From: Candidatus Thorarchaeota archaeon
Lineage (GTDB): Archaea; Asgardarchaeota; Thorarchaeia; Thorarchaeales; Thorarchaeaceae
Assembly (NCBI GenBank): GCA_048882385.1
Contig: JBHLRQ010000040.1
Span: 1-25,478, forward strand
Length of the DNA stretch: 25,478 nt
Direction: 5' to 3'
In this document: positions 8,692 to 17,265 of the stretch, piece after piece
Numbering within the stretch: the first letter of the stretch is position 1
Layout: each line of letters starts with the position of its first letter
Program-made: the position numbers and the translations under genes
Notes under the pieces: generated by a model
What the model was told of the DNA's origin: nothing
The model's input: the letters and a program-made list of their open reading frames with translations, nothing else
Database searches by the model: none

Positions 8692-9723
8692 TCACTCTAT
8701 TCCTCCCTTCAGGTCCAATTCACGAACACGGTTCTTCACATTTGTTTCAATTCTTTCAATTTTCTCTCTTATCTCTTCAATTTCCGTGAATTTCTTCTCT
8801 AATTCATCTTTCTTTTGCTTACTGAGCTCTACATGTTGATCATACGCGTCTGCCCATTCCTGTCTTGTCTGACTTAGCTGTTGGCGTAGATGCTCGTACA
8901 TTATTTTCTTGACATGCACAGTATTTTTCAGAGTGAGGAGTTTTGTTTCGATGTCCAAGGAAAAATCCCTGAGGTCTTGTTCAGCTCTCTTTAGCTTTGA
9001 GCGTAGACTAACCAATTCTGCCATGTCATATCCTATTCGAGTCTCCTGAACAGTGATGTCACCCCTGTCTTCAACACTTGCTGCAGCAATGCTTTCTACC
9101 GAAGGTGTAGCTGAATTAGCTTCAGATACTGAAACTTCTTCTTTGGCAGAAACCACCGTTTCTTGCTCAAAATCTTTGGGATGAATCATCATTGCAGTCA
9201 ATTTATTGAATGCTTCATCGATATTCTCTCCAGTCAGAGCTGAAGTTTCAATGAAGAGAGAAAGAGTATTCAGTTTCTCACTAAATGACTTGGTGAACTC
9301 TTTACCCTCTTCATAGGATACTATGTCTTCTTCAGGATAGTATGCGCGGAGATCAATCTTGTTTCCTACTATTATTAACGCGGGGAAATCATGCATGAAT
9401 CCATGTGCTTCAACAAGCCATTTGGAGGCATTATCAAATGACTCTCTATCAACAACAGAGTAAACCAGAATCAGGCCACTACATCCTTCATAGTAGCGCT
9501 TACGAAGACTCTGAAATTGCGTCTGACCTGCAATGTCCCAGATCACAAGTCGTGTATTGCCATCTTCAGTTGATGTGATCTTCTGTGCAAAATCGACGCC
9601 AAGGGTTGGAATATAGTTTGAACGAAAGCCTTCTCCAATGTATTTTCGACGAATGCTAGTCTTACCAACGTAACCATCACCGATTAGGCAAACCTTGAAC
9701 TGCCAGCTGAGAGACTCTGTCAT
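8692..9723 (-). CDS. Rab-like small GTPase with low-complexity linker and C-terminal coiled coil
   Basis: G1 GDGYVGKTS, G2 YIPTLGVDF, G3 WDIAGQ, FQSLRKRYYEG, G4 NKID, G5 ETSAL. Followed by an S/A/E-rich linker and about 115 aa of heptad-like E/K/L-rich sequence. Confidence 0.92.
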   Translation of the reverse strand: MTESLSWQFKVCLIGDGYVGKTSIRRKYIGEGFRSNYIPTLGVDFAQKITSTEDGNTRLVIWDIAGQTQFQSLRKRYYEGCSGLILVYSVVDRESFDNASKWLVEAHGFMHDFPALIIVGNKIDLRAYYPEEDIVSYEEGKEFTKSFSEKLNTLSLFIETSALTGENIDEAFNKLTAMMIHPKDFEQETVVSAKEEVSVSEANSATPSVESIAAASVEDRGDITVQETRIGYDMAELVSLRSKLKRAEQDLRDFSLDIETKLLTLKNTVHVKKIMYEHLRQQLSQTRQEWADAYDQHVELSKQKKDELEKKFTEIEEIREKIERIETNVKNRVRELDLKGGIE

Positions 9724-9953
9724 GGATTCATACTCCTATTTCCCTCTGTGATGGCGCTAATCTTCCTATATTTTACACACTTATAGTGATATTTCGGCTA
9801 GGCATTGTATCTTTCAAATCAATATTTGAGATAGTGTTGAGTGGTTTGACGATTTAGGCATTGCAACCAACCGGAATATTTTTTGAATCTATATTCGCAT
9901 AAATTCATCGATGTATCACCAGACTAAAATTCGAATTGGTCCAATGAAATCAC

Positions 9954-10115
9954 ATGACCAAACAGGTGGATGGACTTTTTCTATGCGAGGAGTGTCACCT
10001 CTTGTACAAAGAAGAGGAGTTAGCCCAGAAATGTGAGGACTGGTGTAGGGAGAAAAAATCCTGTAATCTGGAAATCACGAAACATGCTGTGAACAAGTCT
10101 GAACTGTCCCTCTAG
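9954..10115 (+). CDS. Unannotated 53-aa Cys-rich zinc-finger-like small protein
   Basis: ATG..TAG reads MTKQVDGLFLCEECHLLYKEEELAQKCEDWCREKKSCNLEITKHAVNKSELSL* (CxxC..CxxxC..C..H). An in-frame TGA at 9945 fixes the start. Missing from the ORF track because of its size. Confidence 0.82.
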   Translation: MTKQVDGLFLCEECHLLYKEEELAQKCEDWCREKKSCNLEITKHAVNKSELSL

Positions 10116-10203
10116 TTTTTGCATTTTATCAATCACTACTGTGATATAGGTGAATGTCCATGAATAGAAGGATTCACCTTCAAATCGGAGTGGAGATTGT
10201 CTG

Positions 10204-12159
10204 TTGAAAGAAACTTTTGAATTCGGAGGAGAGATCGTCTGGAAACCATCAAAAGAACATGTAGAAGAAGCCAATCTTACAAGATTCATGCAACTCCATG
10301 GAATAGAAACCTTTGATCAACTTATGCAACGTTCAACACAAGATGTAGAATGGTTCACTGATGCTGTTCTCAAATTCCTTGGCATCCAATTTTATGAGTC
10401 CTATTCCCGGGTGGTTGATCTCTCTCAAGGTATTGCTTGGCCAAAATGGTGCGTTGACGCAAAGATGAACATCGTTCATAATTGCCTTGACAAGTACATT
10501 GGAACACCTGTTGAGAATCAACCGGCTCTGATCTGGGAAGGAGAAGATGGAACTACAAGATCCATGACATATGGAGATTTGTATAGAGAAGTGAACAAGG
10601 CTGCAAATGCGCTCCGTTCAATAGGTCTCGGGCTTGGCGACCCAATTGGAATCTATATGCCAATGATTCCTGAGATCACAGTAGCCTTGCTTGCCATAGC
10701 AAAGATCGGTGGTATCATTCTTCCACTATTCTCAGGATTTGGAGTCAATGCAATCGTCGACCGATTAGGTGATGCTGATGCCAAGGCAATAATCACAGTT
10801 GATGGGTCCGTCCGCAGAGGCAAGATCAATCCCATGAAACCTGTTGCAGACAAGGCTGCCAAGAAGATTCCTTCCCTAAAACATATGATTGTCCTGAATT
10901 TAGCTGGAGCATCAGTTGAAATGATACCAGGCAGGGACCATTGGTGGAATGAAATCATACCAGTTCAATCTGATTCTGCTGACACGGAGATAACAGATGC
11001 GGAATCTCCAATGATGATTATTTACACATCAGGCACAACCGGACTAGCAAAGGGCGCAGTCCACACACACTGTGGATTTCCAGTCAAGTCTGCACAAGAC
11101 ATGACATTCGGAACCGATCTACATGCAGGAGAGATCATCTACTGGATGACAGACATGGGCTGGATGATGGGGCCATGGCTAGTTTTTGGAGCATTAATCT
11201 TGGGTGCAACTTTCTTCCTGTTTGATGGAGCCCCAGACTACCCCGGTCCGGGTCGAATATGGGAAATTGTTGAGAAACATAAAATCTCGATTTTGGGTGT
11301 ATCACCAACACTGATTCGGCTGCTGATGACTCACGGTGACGACCCAGTAAAACCGCATGACCTGTCATCACTCCGTTATTTTGCATCCACTGGCGAACCT
11401 TGGAATCCCGATCCATGGATGTGGCTCTTCGAAAAGGTTGGGAAGAGGAAAATTCCAATCATCAACTATTCAGGAGGAACAGAGATTTCCGGTGGGATTG
11501 TAATGGGCAACCCATTGTTACCTCTCAAGGCATGTGCCTTCTCTGGTCCCTGTCCGGGAATTGCTGCTGACGTTTTTGATGAGGATGGTAGACCTGTTCG
11601 TGATAAGGTTGGTGAGCTCGTAATTAAGTCTCCATGGATTGGCATGACACGGGGTTTCTGGAAGAATCCTGAGCGATATGAAAACACATACTGGTCTCGT
11701 TGGGAAAATGTTTGGGTGCATGGTGACTTTGCAGCAATCGATTCTGATGGACTATGGTACATTCTGGGTCGTTCAGATGACATCATCAAAGTAGCTGGTA
11801 AACGTTTTGGACCTGCGGAGGCTGAATCAGTTCTTGTGGCTCATCCTTCAGTTGCTGAAGCTGCAACGATTGGTGTCCCTCATAAGATCAAGCTCAATGA
11901 ACTTGTAGTGTTTTGTGTTTTGAATCCTGGATTTGAACCATCAGAGGAGCTTAGAGAAGAGCTAAAGCAGTCAGTTGCAGTCGCTATGGGTAAGCCGCTT
12001 ACTCCTCGCGCAGTATTATTCGTTTCTGATTTACCAAAAACTCGAAATGCGAAGGTTATGCGTAGGATGATTCGTGCTGCATATCTTGGAGAAGATCCTG
12101 GCGATACAGATTCATTGGTAAATCCAGAAGCTGTGGAAGAGATCAGACGTGCAAGATAG
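10204..12159 (+). CDS. AMP-forming acyl-CoA synthetase (acetate--CoA ligase-like)
   Basis: YTSGTTGLAKG, TGEPW, YSGGTEI, HGDFA, GRSDD and PKTRNAKVMRR adenylate-forming motifs. Substrate not determinable from sequence. Confidence 0.92.
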   Translation: MKETFEFGGEIVWKPSKEHVEEANLTRFMQLHGIETFDQLMQRSTQDVEWFTDAVLKFLGIQFYESYSRVVDLSQGIAWPKWCVDAKMNIVHNCLDKYIGTPVENQPALIWEGEDGTTRSMTYGDLYREVNKAANALRSIGLGLGDPIGIYMPMIPEITVALLAIAKIGGIILPLFSGFGVNAIVDRLGDADAKAIITVDGSVRRGKINPMKPVADKAAKKIPSLKHMIVLNLAGASVEMIPGRDHWWNEIIPVQSDSADTEITDAESPMMIIYTSGTTGLAKGAVHTHCGFPVKSAQDMTFGTDLHAGEIIYWMTDMGWMMGPWLVFGALILGATFFLFDGAPDYPGPGRIWEIVEKHKISILGVSPTLIRLLMTHGDDPVKPHDLSSLRYFASTGEPWNPDPWMWLFEKVGKRKIPIINYSGGTEISGGIVMGNPLLPLKACAFSGPCPGIAADVFDEDGRPVRDKVGELVIKSPWIGMTRGFWKNPERYENTYWSRWENVWVHGDFAAIDSDGLWYILGRSDDIIKVAGKRFGPAEAESVLVAHPSVAEAATIGVPHKIKLNELVVFCVLNPGFEPSEELREELKQSVAVAMGKPLTPRAVLFVSDLPKTRNAKVMRRMIRAAYLGEDPGDTDSLVNPEAVEEIRRAR

Positions 12160-12161
12160 CA

Positions 12162-14201
12162 TCAACCATCACAGTCTTGGCATCCCGCATATAGAACCTG
12201 GACTCCACCGAGGCATCCATCACGAAAAACTGTCGTTCCTTTTAGTTGAAGTTGATCTGCGAGCAAGAATATTCGCTCTACATCTTCGGTTGTAGCACTA
12301 TTCGGAAGATTGACAGTCTTGCTAACAGCATTGTCAGTGTGTTTCTGAAATGCTCCTTGCATCCGAATATGCCACTCAGGATCAATCTCATGTGCTGCCT
12401 TGAAGACCTGCTTGACATCATCTGGCACTGCATCAATTTGCTGCACTGACCCAGTCTTTGCGACCTCATGTTCAATTTTGTCACTCCAGAATCCTCTGTC
12501 CACTGCTACTTTCTCAAAGAGCGGACTTACCTCGCTAAGGTGGATTCCTTCAGCGAGCACTCGGCTGTGAGCTATTGCAAAGAGCGGCTCTATGCCGCTA
12601 CTAGTCTGTGCAATTAGACTGATGCTTCCAGTTGGCGCGATAGTGATGAGACTTGCATTTCGTTTCCATTTGTTACGTTTCTTCAAGAGAGCAAAGTTCT
12701 CGAAATTGCCCCTGATTTTTGCCAGTTCAGCTGACGCTCTCTCAGCTTTCTGTCGGATGAAAGACATGACTTCCTCTGCTTTCTCGAGTCCTTTCACAGA
12801 ATCATAAGGGATTTCGAGTTTGATTAGGAGTTCTGCAAATCCCATTATACCAAGGCCAATCTTTCTGTTTGCTCTAGTGACCTTTTCAATCTCTGACACT
12901 GGATAGACGTTGAGATCGATAATATTATCCAGAAAACGGACAGCAAGCCTTACAACCTCTTCAAGTCTTGACCAGTTTATCTCACCATTTTGCACCATCT
13001 TCGACAGGTTGATACTGCCCAATACACATGACTCGTAAGGAAGTAAGGGTTGTTCACCGCATGGATTTGTTGATTCGACAAGTTCCCCATTTAGTGGATG
13101 ATCTTCATTTATTCTATCTATGAAAATTAGACCAGGGTCTCCAGTGCTCCAAGCATTGTGCACAATTGCATCAAAAATAACTCTAGCACTTATACTCTGA
13201 ACTGCCTCCTTTGTATGAGGTGCAACCAAGTCAATCTCGCCATCATTCTTGAGAGCATCTAGGAACTGTTTTGTTAAGGAAACTGAAATATTGAAGTTCC
13301 TGAAAGACTGCTTGTCTGACTTGCATGAAATAAACTCCATTATGTCGGGGTGATCACAGCGAAGGATCGCCATATTTGCCCCTCTGCGTCGTCCACCTTG
13401 CTTTATGATTTCAGTGGCGGTATCATACACCTTCATGAAAGATATCGGACCACTAGCAACTCCTCCAGTAGTTCCCACTGTCGACCCTTCTGGTCTTAAC
13501 CTAGAGAATGAGAATCCAGTACCTCCCCCGGATTTCTGTACAACTGCCATTTGATGAAGTGATGAAAATATTGAATTCATATTGTCTTCGATTGGAAGGA
13601 CAAAACACGCACTACACTGACCAATCTCTGTACCTGCGTTGAATAAAGTTGGACTATTTGGTAAGAACTCAAGGTTTGCCATCATATAGTAGAAAAGGTC
13701 ATCGTATTCTTGGACATCTGCATTTTCGTCGTACTTTCTTTCAATACTAGCCACAGCACCAGACACTCTTCGAAATAACTGTGATGGAGTTTCAATTGGA
13801 TTTCCCTCTTCGTCTTTCAAAAGGTATCTAGAGAGAACTGTAGCGGCATTTGGACCAAACTTGAGGTCGTCGACAACTCCCATCATCTGGAGAATCTTTC
13901 GCGCTTCATGGTGCTTCTCACGGTATTTCATATACCGTCGGGCAACCTCTGTGAACCCACGAAGCATGAGAGTATCTTCAACTATATCTTGTATCTCTTC
14001 AATATGAATGACATCTCGTTCCTGTTCATTAATGATCTGAACTACTTCCTTTGTCAAGCCTCTTACAGGAGTGGTATCAGCATTTATCGATTCAAATGCC
14101 TTCTTTATGGCAGCCTCAATCTTTGAATCATCAAAATCTACTATTCTCTTGTTTCTCTTCTCAACCTTCAACTTAGTATCCTCACCGGCGGGTTCTCTCA
14201 A
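12162..14201 (-). CDS. nrdJ: Class II (adenosylcobalamin-dependent) ribonucleotide reductase with N-terminal ATP-cone
   Basis: ATP-cone (VEKRNKRIVDFDDSKI..IEEIQDIVE), PNSPTLFNAG, SACFV, GGGTG, active-site NPCGEQ, TIAPTG, C-terminal CQDC. No class I C-terminal YY pair and no adjacent beta subunit. Confidence 0.88.
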   Translation of the reverse strand: MREPAGEDTKLKVEKRNKRIVDFDDSKIEAAIKKAFESINADTTPVRGLTKEVVQIINEQERDVIHIEEIQDIVEDTLMLRGFTEVARRYMKYREKHHEARKILQMMGVVDDLKFGPNAATVLSRYLLKDEEGNPIETPSQLFRRVSGAVASIERKYDENADVQEYDDLFYYMMANLEFLPNSPTLFNAGTEIGQCSACFVLPIEDNMNSIFSSLHQMAVVQKSGGGTGFSFSRLRPEGSTVGTTGGVASGPISFMKVYDTATEIIKQGGRRRGANMAILRCDHPDIMEFISCKSDKQSFRNFNISVSLTKQFLDALKNDGEIDLVAPHTKEAVQSISARVIFDAIVHNAWSTGDPGLIFIDRINEDHPLNGELVESTNPCGEQPLLPYESCVLGSINLSKMVQNGEINWSRLEEVVRLAVRFLDNIIDLNVYPVSEIEKVTRANRKIGLGIMGFAELLIKLEIPYDSVKGLEKAEEVMSFIRQKAERASAELAKIRGNFENFALLKKRNKWKRNASLITIAPTGSISLIAQTSSGIEPLFAIAHSRVLAEGIHLSEVSPLFEKVAVDRGFWSDKIEHEVAKTGSVQQIDAVPDDVKQVFKAAHEIDPEWHIRMQGAFQKHTDNAVSKTVNLPNSATTEDVERIFLLADQLQLKGTTVFRDGCLGGVQVLYAGCQDCDG

Positions 14202-14337
14202 TAGTTGAGATGCCTAATAGGCTATAAGCCCCTCTTCTATATATGACTCTCCTTTAGTTCCTTAATCAGGATATTGCGCTGGAGGCCTGTTTTTTATTGT
14301 CCCTATCTTATTGAATCGTCAAGGAGATACGCGAACT

Positions 14338-15831
14338 ATGAAAGGAATCAGAAGAAATGCGACATTTTGCCTCTGCATCCTTTTCATAGGATCAATGGTT
14401 ATTCTATCTACCAACAAACCTCATTCTGATCCGATTCGCCAGATAGTTTCCCTCAAAGAAGAACAGCAGATAATTACAGCTATCGACCCATCCATCAATT
14501 ATACAGAGTACTGGGGACAGGCATGCAGTTCTGTAATCGTTACAGGAAACGCATCAAAAGATGGCCGAGCGATTCTGATGAAGAATAGAGACTGGTCCTA
14601 TGACCCAGCGAACTTTCCTATCTACGTCCCTTCGACCGATACAACATATGCATACATTGGCGTCAATACTAATACTATGGGAATCAATCAATGGGGTTTG
14701 GCTGTGATGAATACTGCCCTACCAATATTAGCTAGATCACAACCAGTAGAAGGGAATCTTATTTTGAACCAGAAAATCCTAGAGAGTTATTATTCCGTAT
14801 CAGCTATAGCCCATGCTTTGAATGATAGTCGTTCTCCAATTGGCCCTACGTATCGAGCCAGTTTCGGAAACGTTGCAACATGCATCGGTGTGATAGACAG
14901 ATCTGGAGCTGGGGCATTCTTTGAGATTAGTAATACTAAAGCGTATGTTCAATATGTTGTGGATGGCTATGACACTCGAGCAAATCATCCTAGAATATAT
15001 TCCCCATATGCAGCTGGACCGAGTGGTAGAGACCAATATCTTCTAGATGCTCTCGATGAAGTGTATGAAAAAAATGGGTACATATCATGGGAGCATGTAA
15101 TGCAGAATGTATCTCGATATGTTCGTCATAAAGAGCTCGGATCCGTGAACTTCTCTATAGACGGTGAAGCGTGTAACCCAAATACTGTTGCGACTATGGT
15201 TGCTGTAAGTGGAGATTCGAGATATGGTGGACAATTGAATTGTATGTGGACAGCATGTGGACCTAATCCTATTACTAGCGTATTTGTACCCACAATGGTG
15301 TGTGCAGAGAGTATTCCCACTGGCATAGTTAGTACAATTGTTCGTACACAAGAAAACTATGAATCTGCACAAGTTCAGACCAATCCAGTTGATCCTATAC
15401 TGCTCAATCCTGAACGAGTAAGAGAAGTTCAAAAGTATGCATTCTTTGCTGAAAGCTACAGTATAGCTGAATATGACAGATTGATGTCATCAGTTCCTGA
15501 AGGGCTCTCAGATTTCCAACTCAAATCCACAGTCGAAGATTTCATTGATAGTATGGCCAACATTTCTTCTGACATCTTCATTGGGGAAACAACCGATGTT
15601 GTATTTCCACCTTTAGTCAGCTTTCCAAATCCTACACCTAGCAGTACGGCTTCAACCCCCGTCCCAAGTAGCACTCCATCAACAAGCACTACTACTGGCA
15701 CCCTAACAGAATCAACATCAACCCCGTCTGAATCTCTATTTGATATTCAAATTGTGGCAATGGTTGTTGGTTTTGGATCAGGATTTGCTCTAGTTATGAT
15801 AGCAGCAATCATGTATCGTAGACTGACTTAG
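14338..15831 (+). CDS. Membrane-anchored secreted Ntn-hydrolase (C45/C69-like, Cys nucleophile)
   Basis: Signal/TM segment, then A|CSSVIVTGNASKDGRAILMKNRD (Cys codon at 14524), MGINQWGLAVMN, a Ser/Thr/Pro-rich stalk and a C-terminal TM + YRR. AAGGAG precedes ATG 14338 (track start is 14311). Confidence 0.82.
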   Translation: MKGIRRNATFCLCILFIGSMVILSTNKPHSDPIRQIVSLKEEQQIITAIDPSINYTEYWGQACSSVIVTGNASKDGRAILMKNRDWSYDPANFPIYVPSTDTTYAYIGVNTNTMGINQWGLAVMNTALPILARSQPVEGNLILNQKILESYYSVSAIAHALNDSRSPIGPTYRASFGNVATCIGVIDRSGAGAFFEISNTKAYVQYVVDGYDTRANHPRIYSPYAAGPSGRDQYLLDALDEVYEKNGYISWEHVMQNVSRYVRHKELGSVNFSIDGEACNPNTVATMVAVSGDSRYGGQLNCMWTACGPNPITSVFVPTMVCAESIPTGIVSTIVRTQENYESAQVQTNPVDPILLNPERVREVQKYAFFAESYSIAEYDRLMSSVPEGLSDFQLKSTVEDFIDSMANISSDIFIGETTDVVFPPLVSFPNPTPSSTASTPVPSSTPSTSTTTGTLTESTSTPSESLFDIQIVAMVVGFGSGFALVMIAAIMYRRLT

Positions 15832-15847
15832 AATTTGTATGACAAAC

Positions 15848-15937
15848 TCACCAATCGTTATCATCCCATTCGTCATCATCCCAGTCTTCCTCATCATCCT
15901 CCCATACATCATCATCCTCTTGAAACAACGAATCCAC
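15848..15937 (-). CDS. Unannotated 26-29 aa hyper-acidic Trp-repeat micropeptide
   Basis: From GTG 15937: MDSLFQEDDDVWEDDEEDWDDDEWDDNDW*. From TTG 15928, which has GGTGG 5 nt upstream: MFQEDDD... A TTAAAT TATA-like box sits at 15975-15980. Mixed GAT/GAC/GAA/GAG codons show it is not a simple microsatellite. Confidence 0.72.
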   Translation of the reverse strand: MDSLFQEDDDVWEDDEEDWDDDEWDDNDW

Positions 15938-15993
15938 CTTTGCGATTTGTCAGAAATCTCAATAGAACTTATGCATTTAATCGATTTCCTTGA

Positions 15994-16806
15994 TCAGAAT
16001 ATATCAAGATCTTTTCCTGAAACAATCCTGCCATTATATATTCCAGATATTTCTGTAAGCAGCTGTTCCTCAGTTCTTTTCCAAAAAAGCTGGTGATATA
16101 ATACCAGGAGCCCTGGTTTCACTTTATTTGCAATCTCAGCCAATTCGTATGTTGATGTATGGACTGATGAATGATATTTAATCCATTTATCAGGACGTTC
16201 CTTCAATCCTTCAGCGGAGTAGACTTCGTGAATCAGTATGTCACAACCCATTGATTTCTTGATAAGATTAGGTGTAGGGCATGTATCCCCTGAAATCACA
16301 ATTGACTTGCTTGATGTTAGGAATTTGTAACCGTACGCATCTAAAGAACCGTGGTCAACACGAAAAGCCTCTACCTCAACATAATCATCCTTGTAGATAG
16401 TTCCTTCTTCGATCTCATGAGCATTTACAACATATCCTCTCTTCAATGCAGGTTCTAATCCATCAAATCTTTCTCTGATGTCTTCCTTAAATGCCTCCTG
16501 AATATGTTGAGTCATATCTACAAGACCTCTTGGACCAAACACTTCCAATGGTTCATTTCTTCCCTCAACAGCTGGCGTGAAAATGAGGTCTGGATATCCC
16601 ACAGTATGATCAGAGTGAAGATGAGTGAGGAATGCCCTAACTAGTGATGTAGGTTTTATTCCCGCAGAAATTGCACGTCGCACTATCCCCGGTCCGAAAT
16701 CAACTACATACACGGACTTGTCAACAACTATTGCCACGGATGGTCCTGATCTTTCTGGGTCTATGTTAGGAGTTCCAGTACCCAGAAGAATAACTTTGGT
16801 TTCCAC
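15994..16806 (-). CDS. RNase Z/ElaC/arylsulfatase-like metallo-beta-lactamase-fold hydrolase
   Basis: LLGTG, VDFGPG, THLHSDH, VDHG, SGDT, IHEV, HTS and LYH motifs. Confidence 0.88.
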   Translation of the reverse strand: METKVILLGTGTPNIDPERSGPSVAIVVDKSVYVVDFGPGIVRRAISAGIKPTSLVRAFLTHLHSDHTVGYPDLIFTPAVEGRNEPLEVFGPRGLVDMTQHIQEAFKEDIRERFDGLEPALKRGYVVNAHEIEEGTIYKDDYVEVEAFRVDHGSLDAYGYKFLTSSKSIVISGDTCPTPNLIKKSMGCDILIHEVYSAEGLKERPDKWIKYHSSVHTSTYELAEIANKVKPGLLVLYHQLFWKRTEEQLLTEISGIYNGRIVSGKDLDIF

Positions 16807-16824
16807 CCGCAGAACCTCATCAAA

Positions 16825-17265
16825 TCATTGTGATTCTTGAGAAACCAAATTGTCTAGAACTCTTTGGAGATGAGCTTCGAATTGATCAATCTCTTCCGTT
16901 TCAAAACCTCTGTAGAAAATCTTGGTCATCTCTACAGAAACCTCGATGTAGACGTTCAGCATTTGTCGAGTCTTCTCTGTCAATTCAATCAGGACCTTTC
17001 TCCTGTCTTCTTCGGATTGGACACGTTTCACATACCCAGCACTCTCAAGGTTGTCTACGAGTTCACTCAGTGTAGACTTGCGAAGTAGTGTCTTCTTGAT
17101 CAGTTCGTTGATTGGAACACCATCTTTCTGCCAGAGTGCAAAGAGAATTCTACCCTGTCCTGGACCTATGTTGAGACCGCGATCCTTGAGAAGTTCTGAA
17201 AAGACACGTCTGCCAAGATGATGTATCTGTGTTATTAGAAAACCACCCTGTCTCTGAGACATCAT
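16825..17265 (-). CDS. MarR-family transcriptional regulator
   Basis: QGRILFALW, KSTLSELVDNLESAGYVKR, EDRRKVLIELT winged HTH. The start overlaps the upstream stop (TAATG). Confidence 0.92.
   Translation of the reverse strand: MMSQRQGGFLITQIHHLGRRVFSELLKDRGLNIGPGQGRILFALWQKDGVPINELIKKTLLRKSTLSELVDNLESAGYVKRVQSEEDRRKVLIELTEKTRQMLNVYIEVSVEMTKIFYRGFETEEIDQFEAHLQRVLDNLVSQESQ

Noticed and set aside
9799-9863. Direct repeat TAGGCATTG x2 with an inverted repeat between them
   Set aside because: Only two 9-bp copies. Not a CRISPR array or a credible target-site duplication; at most a weak operator candidate.
10020-10289. Minus-strand 89-aa ORF and other short track ORFs nested in long genes
   Set aside because: Antisense or alternate-frame shadows of well-supported CDSs, with no motifs or translation signals.
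12162-14201. Intein in the RNR
   Set aside because: Length and continuous motifs (NPCGEQ intact) leave no room, and there are no C...HN splice junctions or LAGLIDADG motifs.
14230-14250. CTATATATG upstream of the RNR as an NrdR box
   Set aside because: It does not fit the 16-bp NrdR palindrome and is single rather than tandem. More likely a TATA box.
15839-16096. Plus-strand 85-aa ORF with IIP repeats that looks like a membrane peptide
   Set aside because: It is the antisense shadow of the Asp/Trp micropeptide (GAT/TGG read as ATC/CCA) and overlaps the MBL gene.
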